The notes: a model not told the origin generated them from the sequence alone. Counted from the stretch's first letter, positions 1 through 9,977 are shown. The stretch: DNA of 64,000 bases from Hydrurus foetidus (GCA_900617105.1 UYFQ01000023.1:124001-188000), one strand, 5' to 3'. Program-made: numbers and translations.

Positions 1-450
1 GGTCAGCTCGCGCTTGAAACCGGCCAAATCATGGAAGCGCAATGCGCGCTCATTGCGCAGTGGCACCCAGATCGACACCTTGGTACAGCCTTCTTCTTGC
101 AAGCCTTCGCGGGCGGCATCCCACAGGGCAAGGCCGACGCCCAGCGTCCAGTAGGTGGGCAAGGCGTAGATGGCCCAGATTTCGCCGGTGGTGGGTGGTG
201 TGCCTTTGTCGCGCGAACGGTCGTAGCCGACGAAACCGACCACGGTGTCCATGTCCATCGCCACTTGAACCTGGGGTTCGCCGTATTCGATGGCTTCGCG
301 CCAGTAACCCAAGCGCTTCTCAGGTGTCATGGCCTTCAGATGCTCGTCGGGCACCAAGCCCTCGTAAGCTGCACGCACAGAGGCGGAATGAATTTCAGAA
401 ATAACTTTGGCATCGCGAAGCGTTGCGGGTCTCAGGGTGTAAACGGACAT
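1..450 (-). CDS. GNAT family N-acetyltransferase (3' end runs off the window)
   Basis: Not in the ORF track. Manual translation from ATG at 450: MSVYTLRPATLRDAKVISEIH...VVGFVGY...GEIWAIYALPTYWTLGVGLALW...WVPLRNERALRFHDLAGF, with GNAT motifs A and B. Confidence 0.85.
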   Translation of the reverse strand, partial: MSVYTLRPATLRDAKVISEIHSASVRAAYEGLVPDEHLKAMTPEKRLGYWREAIEYGEPQVQVAMDMDTVVGFVGYDRSRDKGTPPTTGEIWAIYALPTYWTLGVGLALWDAAREGLQEEGCTKVSIWVPLRNERALRFHDLAGFKRELT

Positions 451-507
451 ACGGGGAATCAGTTGAACGGGTCACTGTTTTTGAAAGGACTGGGATTGTC
501 GCTGGTT

Positions 508-1704
508 TTAGTCCGTAGTCCTGAGCCTCAGCCGGGCAGAGCCTGCCGCATCCACCCCAACAATCTCAAAACAGCTGAGCAGCATGACCAAGACGATTTG
601 GATGGCCGCGATGTCAGCGCTATCTTCAGGGTGCATAGGTAGCACTTCGGGGCCTGGTAGGGCATCTGAATCTGGGGTGGAATCATCCTCAGGTAACCAG
701 CGAAACGGATCAAATGCTGCGGGGTACAACACACCGTGCTCTTGCGCACGGCCAAGACGGAGCATGGCCCACACTGACGTATTTTGGGGTACCTGCACAT
801 CCGCAATAACAGTGTCGCAGTTCGCTTGAAACACCAGCCGCGTGACCACAGGGTGCAAGCGCTGCGTCTCGTGGATGCATGCGGTCACAAACACAAGATC
901 AGCAAAATACGCCAGGGGGATGTTCACCTCACTGTCGCAATCTCCATCGCCTTCTGCACGGTGCTTCCCGCTATCGCTCACCACGCGGCAAACCTCAGAA
1001 TGCGCCAAAGCCAGCATGTCAGGGTGGCGAAACAGCAGCTCAATCAGGCGTACCGTGGTGCGAGAAGTGGCCACTTCATCAGCCCGCAGCAGCAGCCACG
1101 CAGCGCCCTGAGCACGGCCCTGCTGACCGGGTTCAAATTCATCATCCAAAGCCAGCCCAGCCACAGCATTTGCGCTAAATTGCATCAAATCCGCTTCCAA
1201 ATCAATAGCTGTATCAGCTTGTACTGCTTGCGTCCAACGCCATTTCAAGTCTTGTGTAGCACGCACCAGCGAATGGAAGTACACCGGCATGGAGCCAGCG
1301 CCCAGCCCGGCCATCACCCTGCGGCGCTGGTCGCTCCAAGGGGCGCCTGTTGCAAAGAAGGCATCCACGCCAAACCCGATGGGGTTCGACGCATGGGCTG
1401 TGCTGTCCGACAGGGTCAAGCCCTCTGCGTTTTTGACGCTGCCAAACAGCAAGGCACTGACAGCCTCCCGATCGTCCACAACCAGCACGCCATGCCCCAT
1501 GCTGTTGAGCCGGTACAACGGCCCATACCGCTGTGCCCACCCCGCCATGGTCGTGTGCAGTGATGGGTTTCGCAGCTGAAACCAGTGACCGAATACGGGC
1601 CACCCCAGAGGACGCGGTAAATCAACGATGCGTCGCAACCGCAAAGGGGTCAGGACATGAGGATCGCTGGAAGAGCCAGCGGGAGCAGGTGATCTGTGGG
1701 GCAT
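508..1704 (-). CDS. Degenerate cytochrome P450-like protein lacking the heme-binding Cys motif (possible pseudogene)
   Basis: Pro-rich N-terminus (LPRPLGWPVFGH), ExxR (ETQR) and PERF-like (FDPFRW) motifs are present. FxxGxRxCxG is absent and the I-helix is degenerate (LLLRADEVATS). Confidence 0.75.
   Translation of the reverse strand: MPHRSPAPAGSSSDPHVLTPLRLRRIVDLPRPLGWPVFGHWFQLRNPSLHTTMAGWAQRYGPLYRLNSMGHGVLVVDDREAVSALLFGSVKNAEGLTLSDSTAHASNPIGFGVDAFFATGAPWSDQRRRVMAGLGAGSMPVYFHSLVRATQDLKWRWTQAVQADTAIDLEADLMQFSANAVAGLALDDEFEPGQQGRAQGAAWLLLRADEVATSRTTVRLIELLFRHPDMLALAHSEVCRVVSDSGKHRAEGDGDCDSEVNIPLAYFADLVFVTACIHETQRLHPVVTRLVFQANCDTVIADVQVPQNTSVWAMLRLGRAQEHGVLYPAAFDPFRWLPEDDSTPDSDALPGPEVLPMHPEDSADIAAIQIVLVMLLSCFEIVGVDAAGSARLRLRTTD
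1193..1245 (+). repeat. Dispersed ~54-bp element copy (inside the P450-like CDS)
   Basis: Core GCTTCCAAATCAATAGC at 1193-1209, then TGTATCAGCTTGTACTGCTTGCGTCCAACGCCATTT. Confidence 0.6.
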
Positions 1705-1788
1705 GGTGTCAGACTGTACATTGTGTTTTGTCTATGCAGACAAACACTTTACACCGATGCCAAAGCACGTCAACAACGGGTCAAAATA

Positions 1789-2859
1789 TCAACCCTCACT
1801 GCCCCCGCGTACCGCCATCTCATTGAGCACCCGGCAAGCAGACTCCAGCAACGGCCACGCCAGCGCAGCACCCGAGCCTTCCCCAAGACGCAAACCCATG
1901 CTAAGCAAGGGCTCCACACCCAAGCGCTCCATCATCAAAGCGTGGTTGCGCTCACCCGAATGGTGTGCAAAAACGCAGCGCTGCACCACATGCGGCGCAA
2001 AGGCTTGTGCCACCATCACCGCTGCACTGGCCGTGAAGCCATCGACCAACATCACCCGCCGCTCATGCGCTGCTTGCAACACTGCGCCCACCATCGTGGC
2101 GATTTCAAACCCACCAAACGCGGCCAGCGCCGCCATCGGGCCAGCCGCATAGGCATGGTGCTGCAGAACACGCGCCAAAATGGTTGTTTTACGCTGCACA
2201 GCCTGTGCATCCAGCCCTGTATTTGTGCCTGTACACACGGCGATGTCCAACTCAGCCATGCGCGACAGCAACAATGATGCGGATGAGCTGTTGCCAATGC
2301 CCGTGTCCCCCAGCAGCAGCGCATTGCCCGGTAAGCCCTGCACCAGCACCTGACCTTGGGCCATTGCTTGCTGGCATTGGGTGACCGTCATGGCCGGCTG
2401 TTGCGATGAATCCGCTGTACCCGCTGCAATTTTGCGGATGAGCAAGTTGGGCCGGCCATCGGCACCTGCACGTGCAGTTTGCCCAGCGGGTAAGAAATCA
2501 TGCTGCACGCCGCAGTCCACCACCGTCAGTGCCAAACCATGTTGACGGGCCAGCACGCTGACAGCGGCACCACCCGTCAAGATGTTGTCCACCATTTGCC
2601 ATGTGGCATCGCTGGTGTAGGCCGATACACCTTGGGCGGCGAGGCCGTGGTCGCCCGCAAACACCAGCAATTGCGGTGCGACAAGGTGCGGGGTTTCGGT
2701 GCCCAAAATCAGCCCCAGCTGTACCGCCAGCGCTTCTAACTGGCCCAATGCACCTTGGGGCTTGGTTTTGCAGTCCAGCACATGCTGCAAATCCATGGCC
2801 AGCGCGGCATCCCCTAGATCGGGGATGGAAGGGAGGGAAAATTGAAGTGGAATTGTCAT
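1789..2859 (-). CDS. cobT: Nicotinate-nucleotide--dimethylbenzimidazole phosphoribosyltransferase, divergent second copy
   Basis: KTKPQGALGQLE, FAGDHG, GGFEIA and LRLGEGSGA motifs; GEMGIGNT is altered to GDTGIGNS. Start placed at ATG 2859. Confidence 0.85.
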   Translation of the reverse strand: MTIPLQFSLPSIPDLGDAALAMDLQHVLDCKTKPQGALGQLEALAVQLGLILGTETPHLVAPQLLVFAGDHGLAAQGVSAYTSDATWQMVDNILTGGAAVSVLARQHGLALTVVDCGVQHDFLPAGQTARAGADGRPNLLIRKIAAGTADSSQQPAMTVTQCQQAMAQGQVLVQGLPGNALLLGDTGIGNSSSASLLLSRMAELDIAVCTGTNTGLDAQAVQRKTTILARVLQHHAYAAGPMAALAAFGGFEIATMVGAVLQAAHERRVMLVDGFTASAAVMVAQAFAPHVVQRCVFAHHSGERNHALMMERLGVEPLLSMGLRLGEGSGAALAWPLLESACRVLNEMAVRGGSEG

Positions 2860-2920
2860 AGGCACAGTCTGCCACTGCGGCAAAGACCGTGCAAGCCGTA
2901 TGCCCGATCAGTCAGCGTCA

Positions 2921-3910
2921 TCAATCAGCATAAATACCGGCCTTCTTGATGACCGGCGTCCATTTGACGATCTCTGCTTCCAGGTGATTTTTGAGGCCAG
3001 CGGGGGTGATTTTGTCCAGCGGTGCAATGTCGCTGCTCAAATCGGCCAAGCGCTGTTTGACGCTGGGGTCTTGCATGGCGGCACGTAAAGCGGCGTTGAT
3101 TTTGTCCAAAATGGGCTTGGGTGTGCCTTTGGCGGCGTACATGCCGTGCCAGACCTTCACCTCAAAGCCCTTCAAGCCCTGCTCGTCCAGCGTCGGTACA
3201 TTGGGCAACGCGGAAAGGCGGCTCAACGTGGTCACGCCGAACACCTTGATGCGACCCTCTTTGATCATCGGCACGGTTTGCGTGGTCTGGTCGCACAGCA
3301 AATCCACCTGCCCACCCAGCAAATCGTTCATCGCCGGGCCGGTGCCTTTGTAGGGGATGGTGTTCAGCTCCACGCCAATCTGGCTTTGAAACAGCAAGCC
3401 GCACAGGTGCGACACAGCTCCCAGACCCGCATTGGCCAGCGACACTTTCTCTTTGTTGGCTTTGACGTAAGCCAGCAGTTCGGCAAAATTGGTCGCCGGA
3501 AAGTCTTTGCGGGCCAACAGCGTCATCGGCACATCCACCACTTGGCCGATGTACTCAAAATCATTCAAGGGGTCAAAACTGAGCTTTTTGTACAAGGCAG
3601 GCGCTGTGGCCATGCCCATGTGGTGGATGAAGATGGTGTAGCCATTGGGCGCCGATTTGGCCACCTTGTTCGCCGCAATCGTGCCTCCCGCCCCCACCGT
3701 GTTTTCAACCAACACCCCCTGCCCCAGCGATTTGCCCATCGGGATGGCAATCATCCGCGCCACCACGTCAGTCGGGCCACCGGCTGCGAAGGGCACGACG
3801 AGAGTGATGGGCTTGTCAGGGTAAACCGATTGCGCCTGCACAAAATGGGGTGCAGCGCATGCCAAAAGGGCGGCAGATGCTATCAAAATACGTTTGGAAA
3901 ATGAAGGCAT
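2921..3910 (-). CDS. Bug/TctC tripartite tricarboxylate transporter substrate-binding protein
   Basis: Signal peptide, YPDKPITLVVPFAAGGPTD and PYKGTGPAMNDLLGG. Start at ATG 3910 behind a GAGAC-type RBS. Confidence 0.92.
   Translation of the reverse strand: MPSFSKRILIASAALLACAAPHFVQAQSVYPDKPITLVVPFAAGGPTDVVARMIAIPMGKSLGQGVLVENTVGAGGTIAANKVAKSAPNGYTIFIHHMGMATAPALYKKLSFDPLNDFEYIGQVVDVPMTLLARKDFPATNFAELLAYVKANKEKVSLANAGLGAVSHLCGLLFQSQIGVELNTIPYKGTGPAMNDLLGGQVDLLCDQTTQTVPMIKEGRIKVFGVTTLSRLSALPNVPTLDEQGLKGFEVKVWHGMYAAKGTPKPILDKINAALRAAMQDPSVKQRLADLSSDIAPLDKITPAGLKNHLEAEIVKWTPVIKKAGIYAD
3842..3895 (-). repeat. Dispersed element copy (encodes a Bug signal peptide)
   Basis: Minus strand AAACGTATTTTGATAGC ATCTGCCGC CCTTTTGGC ATGCGC TGCACCCCATTTT, reading KRILIASAALLACAAPHF. 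Confidence 0.55.
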
Positions 3911-3951
3911 GGTGTTGTCTCTTTGTTGTGATGGTGTAGTGAAAGGCGGTA

Positions 3952-5352
3952 TCAAGATGCAAGCAGTCGCCCCACCCTGTCCGCTTTCGCAATGTGCCAC
4001 AAATTAGCCAACGCCGCATCCACCTCAACCACTGTAGCCCCGTGGCTGAAAGCTGCTAAACGCTGGGCTTTGGCGGTCAACTCTTCGCGGCTCAAGGTGT
4101 TGCCGGGGTCGCCTTTGGGTTCGTCCACCCGGCCTGCCAAGACGCGGCCATCGCGGGTATGCACGGTGACTTTGCCGATCCAGCGCTGGGGGTAGGCACC
4201 GTCCACTTCGGTGTCCAGCACCATGCTGATGCGGTCGCGCAGGCTTTGGGTGCTGGGGTCAGCGAAATGCTGCTCAAATTCCACCAATCCTGCATGACCA
4301 AACCGTGCAACCAAGGCCAGCACCGTGCCCATCGAAAACTTGCTTTGATGAACCGTTGACGGGTGCGTGACAGGCCCCAACACGTCGATCGCGCCCTGGT
4401 AAACGTGGGTGACGATGCGCTCCAGGTCGTCTGGCTTCAAACCGTGGGCCAGCATCACACTCAGCAGCGCATCAGCCGCCGGGTGGGTATGGCGGCACGA
4501 GGCGTGGGATTTGAACGAGGTTTCCGCCGTCGCCCAGCGCACACCCAGGCCAGCGGTCAACTTGGCCGCGTCCGCGTCGCTGGACATGCCTGCGGCCATG
4601 CCTTGCGGGCCTTCCAAAATTTGCGCGGCGCCGGTGAAGCCGTCAAGGGCTAGCATGGCGGACATCAGACCAGCGGCTGCGGCGTGGGCCGTGTGGAGCT
4701 GCTTGCTGTCAGCGGCGGTGCGCAAAAACTCCCACAAGCCTGCGGATTGCGTGCCAGCCGAGCCAAGCGCGTGCTGCATTTGGGCGGCATTCAGCCGCAG
4801 CAAGCTGCCAGCAGTGGCGGCTGCGGCCAAGGTGCCTGCGGTGCCAGTGGTGTGGAAAACCTTGTAGTGCGAGCGGCCCAAAAATTCGCCCACGCGGATG
4901 CCCACCTCGTAGCCAGCCACAGAGGCCGCCAGCAGCTCAGCCCCGCTGCGCCTCAGCGATTGCGCCAGCGCGACGGCTACCGGGAACACCACGGTAGCGG
5001 GGTGGAACACCGATCCGTTGTGAACGTCGTCCTGCTCGGCCACATGCGAGGCGGCGGCGTTGACCATCGCCGCGAAATACGGACTGGTGAAGCTGCGGTT
5101 GATGAGCACCTCCGCCGCGCCGGGATGGTCTGCCGCATACGACGGGGCCATGCTGGCAGCAAAGCGGGCAATGGTCTCGACAGGGCGTGCGCCCTTGCCC
5201 GCCAGCGCGGAGCCGAACCAGTCCACCAGCAAATCCTCGGTTTTACGGACAACTGAAGCGGGAATATCGGCAAAGCGCAGTTGTGCCGCGAAGGTGGCAA
5301 GTTGGGCGGTGGGAGACATGGGGGATGTGGCGGGCAGGTTCATCGGTGTCAT
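3952..5352 (-). CDS. MmgE/PrpD family protein (candidate methylsuccinate isomerase)
   Basis: EQDDVH, FHP, GYEVG, HTTGT, KSHASCRHTHP and PKGDP motifs of the MmgE/PrpD fold. Confidence 0.9.
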   Translation of the reverse strand: MTPMNLPATSPMSPTAQLATFAAQLRFADIPASVVRKTEDLLVDWFGSALAGKGARPVETIARFAASMAPSYAADHPGAAEVLINRSFTSPYFAAMVNAAASHVAEQDDVHNGSVFHPATVVFPVAVALAQSLRRSGAELLAASVAGYEVGIRVGEFLGRSHYKVFHTTGTAGTLAAAATAGSLLRLNAAQMQHALGSAGTQSAGLWEFLRTAADSKQLHTAHAAAAGLMSAMLALDGFTGAAQILEGPQGMAAGMSSDADAAKLTAGLGVRWATAETSFKSHASCRHTHPAADALLSVMLAHGLKPDDLERIVTHVYQGAIDVLGPVTHPSTVHQSKFSMGTVLALVARFGHAGLVEFEQHFADPSTQSLRDRISMVLDTEVDGAYPQRWIGKVTVHTRDGRVLAGRVDEPKGDPGNTLSREELTAKAQRLAAFSHGATVVEVDAALANLWHIAKADRVGRLLAS

Positions 5353-5362
5353 CTTTCAAGTC

Positions 5363-5416
5363 AAAAAGGCTATCTGTGCTTATTGAGTGTGTGCGAGCAG
5401 CTATGAAATAATTAGC
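5363..5416 (-). repeat. Dispersed element copy (intergenic)
   Basis: Minus strand GCTAATTATTTCATAGC TGCTCGCAC ACACTCAAT AAGCAC AGATAGCCTTTTT. Confidence 0.8.
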
Positions 5417-5464
5417 AAATTGAGGTTAAACCTCGTCGACAGGTTCAAACGGGCTCCCACAAAC

Positions 5465-6658
5465 TCAAATCGCCTCAGTCGCCCGCAGTGCCGCAATGGC
5501 TGACGTATCGCGCCCCCACTCCCGCAGAATGGTCTCGGTGTGCTGGCCCACGGCGGGCACGGCGTCCATGCGGTAGTCGAAGCTGTTGTTGCGTCCAGGG
5601 GGCAGCAGCGCGGGGATGTCGCCAGCGGGGCTGCCCACCGTTTGCCAGCGGCCACGGGCCTGCAACTGGGGGTGCGCCCACAGACCAGCCATGTCGTTCA
5701 TGCGGGCGTTGGCGATGTGAGCCGCGTCCAGGCGTGCCAGCACTTCGGCTGTCGTGAGCGTGCTGAAGGTGGCGATGATTTGGGCTTTGAGTGGCTCGCG
5801 GTTGGCGTTACGGCGGGCGTTGCTGTCGAAACGGGCATCGGTGGCGAGAGCGGCATCCAACAGCACCACATCGCAAAACACCCGCCATTCGCGCTCGTTT
5901 TGCAGCCCCAGCATCACCGTGCCGCCATCGCCCGCAGGAAACGGGCCGTAGGGGTAGATGGTGGCGTGGGCAGCAGCGGAGCGGGGTGGCGGGGCCGCGC
6001 CCTCGAAGGCGTAGTACATGGGGTAGCCCATCCATTCCCCCAGCGACTCCAGCATCGACACGTCAATGTGGCTGCCCTCCCCGGTGCGCCCGCGCAGCAG
6101 CAGGGCGGAAAGGATGTTGGTGTAGGCGTACATGCCCGCTGCAATGTCGGCAATCGAGTTACCGGCTTTGCTGGGGTCGTCGGACGTGCCGGTGACGCTC
6201 AGGAAACCCGCCTCGCTCTGGATCAGCAGGTCGTAGGCTTTCTTGTCGCGGTAGGGGCCGTCTTCACCATAGCCCGAAATATCACAAACGATGAGCTTGG
6301 GATGGGCGGCGTGCAGCGCCTCGTAACCCAAACCCATGCGAGCGGCGGCACCGGGTGCCAGGTTTTGCACCAGCACATCGGCGTTGGCGATGATGTCCAG
6401 CAAGACACCAAGTGCGGCAGGCTGCTTCAAATCGAGCGTCAGGCTTTCTTTGGAGCGGTTGACCCAGACGAAATGCGAAGCCTCACCGCGCACCCGCTGG
6501 TCATAAGCGCGGGCGAAATCCCCCACACCGGGGCGCTCGACTTTGATGACGCGGGCACCGAGATCGGCGAGTTGTCGGGTGCAAAAAGGCGCGGCAATGG
6601 CGTGCTCAAGGGAAACAACCGTGATGCCATCCAGGGGGCGTACAGCAGATTTAGACAT
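5465..6658 (-). CDS. CaiB/BaiF family III CoA-transferase (itaconate CoA-transferase-like)
   Basis: PLDGITVVSLEHAIAAPFCTRQLADLGARVIKVERP, NRSKES and ADIAAG motifs. Start at ATG 6658. Confidence 0.9.
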   Translation of the reverse strand: MSKSAVRPLDGITVVSLEHAIAAPFCTRQLADLGARVIKVERPGVGDFARAYDQRVRGEASHFVWVNRSKESLTLDLKQPAALGVLLDIIANADVLVQNLAPGAAARMGLGYEALHAAHPKLIVCDISGYGEDGPYRDKKAYDLLIQSEAGFLSVTGTSDDPSKAGNSIADIAAGMYAYTNILSALLLRGRTGEGSHIDVSMLESLGEWMGYPMYYAFEGAAPPPRSAAAHATIYPYGPFPAGDGGTVMLGLQNEREWRVFCDVVLLDAALATDARFDSNARRNANREPLKAQIIATFSTLTTAEVLARLDAAHIANARMNDMAGLWAHPQLQARGRWQTVGSPAGDIPALLPPGRNNSFDYRMDAVPAVGQHTETILREWGRDTSAIAALRATEAI

Positions 6659-6689
6659 AGACTTAATCAGTTGGGGACAGAGCTTATTT

Positions 6690-7853
6690 TCAGAATGACC
6701 TCGGCAACTCAAGGATGTGTTCCGCGATATACGAATAAATCATGTTCGTGGACACCGGGGCGACTTGGTACAGCCGTGTCTCACGGAACTTGCGCTCCAC
6801 GTCGTATTCGCAGGCAAAACCAAAGCCGCCGTGGAACTGGATGCAGGCATTCGCTGCTTCCCAGCTGGCTTTGGCGGCCAGGTATTTCGCCATGTTGGCT
6901 TGCGCACCGCAGGGCTGGTGGGCATCAAAGAGCTCGCAGGCTTTGTAGCGCATCAGGTTGGCCGCTTCCACCTCGATGTAGGCATCGGCAATCGGGAACT
7001 GCACGCCCTGGTTTTGACCGATAGGGCGGCCAAAAACCACGCGGTCTTTGACGTAGGCCGTCACCCGGTCGAGGAACCAGTAGCCGTCGCCAATGCACTC
7101 GGCGGCGATCAAGGTACGCTCGGCGTTCAGACCGTCAAGGATGTATTTAAAGCCCTGGCCTTCCACACCGATCAGGTTTTCTTCGGGGATTTCCAGGTTT
7201 TCAAAAAACAGCTCGTTCGTCTCGTGGTTCACCATGTTGAGGATGGGGCGCACGGTGAGACCCGACTTTTCAGCAGCGCGCAAATCGACCATGAAGATCG
7301 ACATGCCCTCGGTCTTTTTGGTGACTTCGGCCAGCGGCGTGGTGCGGGCCAGCAAGATCATCCAGTCAGAATGCTGCACGCGGGAAATCCACACCTTTTG
7401 GCCGTTGATGACGTAGCGGCCGTCCTTCTTGACCGCTGTGGTTTTAATTTTGGTGGTGTCGGTGCCGGTGGAAGGCTCGGTCACACCCATCGCCTGCAAA
7501 CGCCATTCACCCGAGGCGATTTTGGGCAGGTACAGTGCCTTTTGTGCCTCAGAGCCATGGCGCAGCAGCGTGCCCATGTTGTACATCTGGCCGTGGCAGG
7601 CGCCCGAATTGCCGCCAGCCCGGTTGATTTCTTCCATGATGACCGAGGCCTCCGTGAGCCCCAGGCCTGAGCCGCCATAGGCCTGAGGAATCAGCGCGGC
7701 CAGCCAACCAGCCTGGGTCAGCGCATCAACGAAAGCTTCAGGGTAGACGCGGGCTTGGTCAATTTTGCGGTGGTATTCATCAGGAAAAGCCTTGCACAGG
7801 TCGCGCACGGCATCGCGGATGTCTTGGTACTTGTCAGGGGCAGTTTTGATCAC
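6690..7853 (-). CDS. Acyl-CoA dehydrogenase (methylsuccinyl-CoA dehydrogenase-like by context)
   Basis: MGVTEPSTGTD, INGQKVWIS, FGRPIGQNQGVQF and HGGFGF motifs. Confidence 0.9.
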   Translation of the reverse strand: MIKTAPDKYQDIRDAVRDLCKAFPDEYHRKIDQARVYPEAFVDALTQAGWLAALIPQAYGGSGLGLTEASVIMEEINRAGGNSGACHGQMYNMGTLLRHGSEAQKALYLPKIASGEWRLQAMGVTEPSTGTDTTKIKTTAVKKDGRYVINGQKVWISRVQHSDWMILLARTTPLAEVTKKTEGMSIFMVDLRAAEKSGLTVRPILNMVNHETNELFFENLEIPEENLIGVEGQGFKYILDGLNAERTLIAAECIGDGYWFLDRVTAYVKDRVVFGRPIGQNQGVQFPIADAYIEVEAANLMRYKACELFDAHQPCGAQANMAKYLAAKASWEAANACIQFHGGFGFACEYDVERKFRETRLYQVAPVSTNMIYSYIAEHILELPRSF

Positions 7854-7894
7854 GGGTGAGGTCTCCAGAAAGGGTTTTGATGTGGTGTGGTGCT

Positions 7895-8827
7895 TTAAAC
7901 AAGTTCAGCCGTGGCCTGCATCGTCAACCAGCCGTCATGGTCTTCGGCCCACAGCCGCACAAACGTTTTGCCGTCAGGTGAGGCGTTCAGGCGCGGTGCT
8001 TCGGGTTGACCGTTGACGCGCAAAGGCTGCACATCGACGGTAGCGAAGGTGGGGCGCACGGCTTTGAAGTCGAACTTTTGAAACACCGCACCCGGCATCT
8101 GGCGGCGCGCCAAATCCACCAGCAGCGTGGCAATCAAGGGGCCGTGGACGATCAGACCAGGATAGCCTTCAACTTCGGTCACGTAATGGCGGTCGTAGTG
8201 GATGCGGTGGCCGTTGAAGGTGAGCGCGGAATAGCGAAACAGCAGCATGTCATCGGGCACCAACTCGCGCTGCCAGGCGGCGTTTTTCTTGGCCGCTTCG
8301 GGCTGCGGCACCGGGTCGCTGGGCAGAGCGGCGGCGCGGTACACGATATCGTGCTCTTCCGTCAGTGCGAGGCCACTTGCGTTGTGGACTTCATGTTTAA
8401 CAAGAACAAACAGCAGATCCCCGGTGCGCCCGGCTTTGTGCGTGACCGAGGCGATGGTGGACGTGCGCCGCACCTCATCGCCCACCCGCAGCGGGTTCGC
8501 CGTCTCCCAGCGCAGCCGACCGCCAGCCCACATGCGGCGTGGCAAAGGCACAGGCGGCAAAAAGCCGCCACGTGTGGGGTGGCCATCCACGCCAATCTCG
8601 CTTTGGCGAGCCTGGGGCAAAAAGTACAGCCAGTGCCACAGCGGGGGCAGCAGTGTGCCGGGCGCGGGCGCTGCATCGTCACGGTCTAGCGTGGCACTCA
8701 AGGCACGCAGAGGAGCTGGTGTGATGGTGTCGGTGAGCGTCTCGGTCTTGCCGACCCAGCTTTGCAGGTGGGCCAGCGTGGCGGGGTCAAGGGTGCGGGT
8801 TGGTATGTCGGAAGCAAGGTTCATCAT
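7895..8827 (-). CDS. Double hot-dog acyl-CoA hydratase (itaconyl-CoA / mesaconyl-C4-CoA hydratase-like)
   Basis: LPPLWHW, LPRRMWAGG, FRYSALTFNGHRIHYD and VHGPL motifs. Confidence 0.85.
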   Translation of the reverse strand: MMNLASDIPTRTLDPATLAHLQSWVGKTETLTDTITPAPLRALSATLDRDDAAPAPGTLLPPLWHWLYFLPQARQSEIGVDGHPTRGGFLPPVPLPRRMWAGGRLRWETANPLRVGDEVRRTSTIASVTHKAGRTGDLLFVLVKHEVHNASGLALTEEHDIVYRAAALPSDPVPQPEAAKKNAAWQRELVPDDMLLFRYSALTFNGHRIHYDRHYVTEVEGYPGLIVHGPLIATLLVDLARRQMPGAVFQKFDFKAVRPTFATVDVQPLRVNGQPEAPRLNASPDGKTFVRLWAEDHDGWLTMQATAELV

Positions 8828-9816
8828 CAGTCCACGTTGGCGCCAGAGGCTTTAACAATGCGTGCCCATTTGACGATGTCGTCGTTAAGCAGCGCAGCAA
8901 ATTGCTCGGGTGTTACCGGTTTATCAGGCATACCGGCGATCTCCACACCCTGCTGCTCTAGTTTGTCACGCAAATCCTTACCCGCTAATGCCCGACCCAT
9001 ACCCTCTTGCAGGCGGGCCAGTACATCCGCAGAAACACCCGCAGGCGCAAAAAGACCCACCCACAGCGTGCCGTTGTAACCAGGCACTGATTCGGCCACA
9101 GCCTGCACATCAGGCAGTGCAGGCGATCGCGTTGCACCACTGACGGCCAATGCACGCAACTTACCGGCTTTGATGTAAGCCAATGAAGACGGCAAGCTGG
9201 CAAAGACGATGGGCAGCTGCCCACCCAGCACGTCGTTCAACGCAGGTGCAACACCCTTGTAAGGCACATGCTGCAAATTGATACCCGCCATGGTGTTCAG
9301 CATTTCACCCAGCAGGTGGTTCAGGGTGCCGTTACCCGCTGAAGCGTACTGGTAGTGACCCGGTTTAGCCTTGGCCAGCGCCAGCAACTCTGTGAGGCTT
9401 TTTGCCGGCAAGTTGGGGTTCACCAAGAGCACATTGGGCACAGCGCCAATCAAACTGACAGGGCGAAAATCCTTAACCGGGTCAAAACCAGCATTTTTGT
9501 AAAGCGCTGGGTTGATCGCTTGACTGCTGCTGATGGTCATGAGCAGGGTGTACCCGTCCTTGGATGCTTTAGCTACGGCCTGCGTGCCGATATTGCCTCC
9601 GGCACCGGGGCGGTTTTCAACGACAACACTGGCATTGAGCACTTCACCCAGCTTCTGGCTCACCAAACGCCCCACGATATCGTTGGTGCCACCTGCAGTC
9701 TGAGGCACGACCATCACAATGGGGCGATTCGGGTAAGCGCCTTGCGCCACCACAGCCAGTGGTGCGGCTAACGCAACCGCAAGCCAAACACATCGCGTCT
9801 GAATCGTTTTGAACAT
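8827..9816 (-). CDS. Bug/TctC substrate-binding protein
   Basis: YPNRPIVMVVPQTAGGTND, ENRPGAGG and HVPYKG. Start at ATG 9816; the stop overlaps the next start (TGATG). Confidence 0.92.
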   Translation of the reverse strand: MFKTIQTRCVWLAVALAAPLAVVAQGAYPNRPIVMVVPQTAGGTNDIVGRLVSQKLGEVLNASVVVENRPGAGGNIGTQAVAKASKDGYTLLMTISSSQAINPALYKNAGFDPVKDFRPVSLIGAVPNVLLVNPNLPAKSLTELLALAKAKPGHYQYASAGNGTLNHLLGEMLNTMAGINLQHVPYKGVAPALNDVLGGQLPIVFASLPSSLAYIKAGKLRALAVSGATRSPALPDVQAVAESVPGYNGTLWVGLFAPAGVSADVLARLQEGMGRALAGKDLRDKLEQQGVEIAGMPDKPVTPEQFAALLNDDIVKWARIVKASGANVD

Positions 9817-9936
9817 CAGGTATCTCCGTTGATCTTTGTCTGTCTCTGAGCAGGTAGGCGTACCGCTGCGGCACCTCTGCATTGACCACAATCTTCACCG
9901 CAGAGGCACCTAAAGGCAATCTCACATTTCAAGATG

Positions 9937-9961
9937 AAGGCTTCTGAATTTCAGAAGCCTT
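9937..9961. promoter_or_regulatory. Perfect 12-bp inverted repeat, probable LysR operator
   Basis: AAGGCTTCTGAA-T-TTCAGAAGCCTT between the divergent Bug operon and the LysR gene. Confidence 0.65.
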
Positions 9962-9977
9962 GTACTACCATTCCGAG

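Noticed and set aside
31..642. 203-aa plus-strand ORF
   Set aside because: Shadow of the minus-strand GNAT and the end of the P450-like gene.
5540..7024. Long antisense ORFs (e.g. 5540..7024, 13884..15086, 57780..59435)
   Set aside because: They mirror well-supported genes on the opposite strand, as expected in GC-rich DNA, and carry no family motifs.
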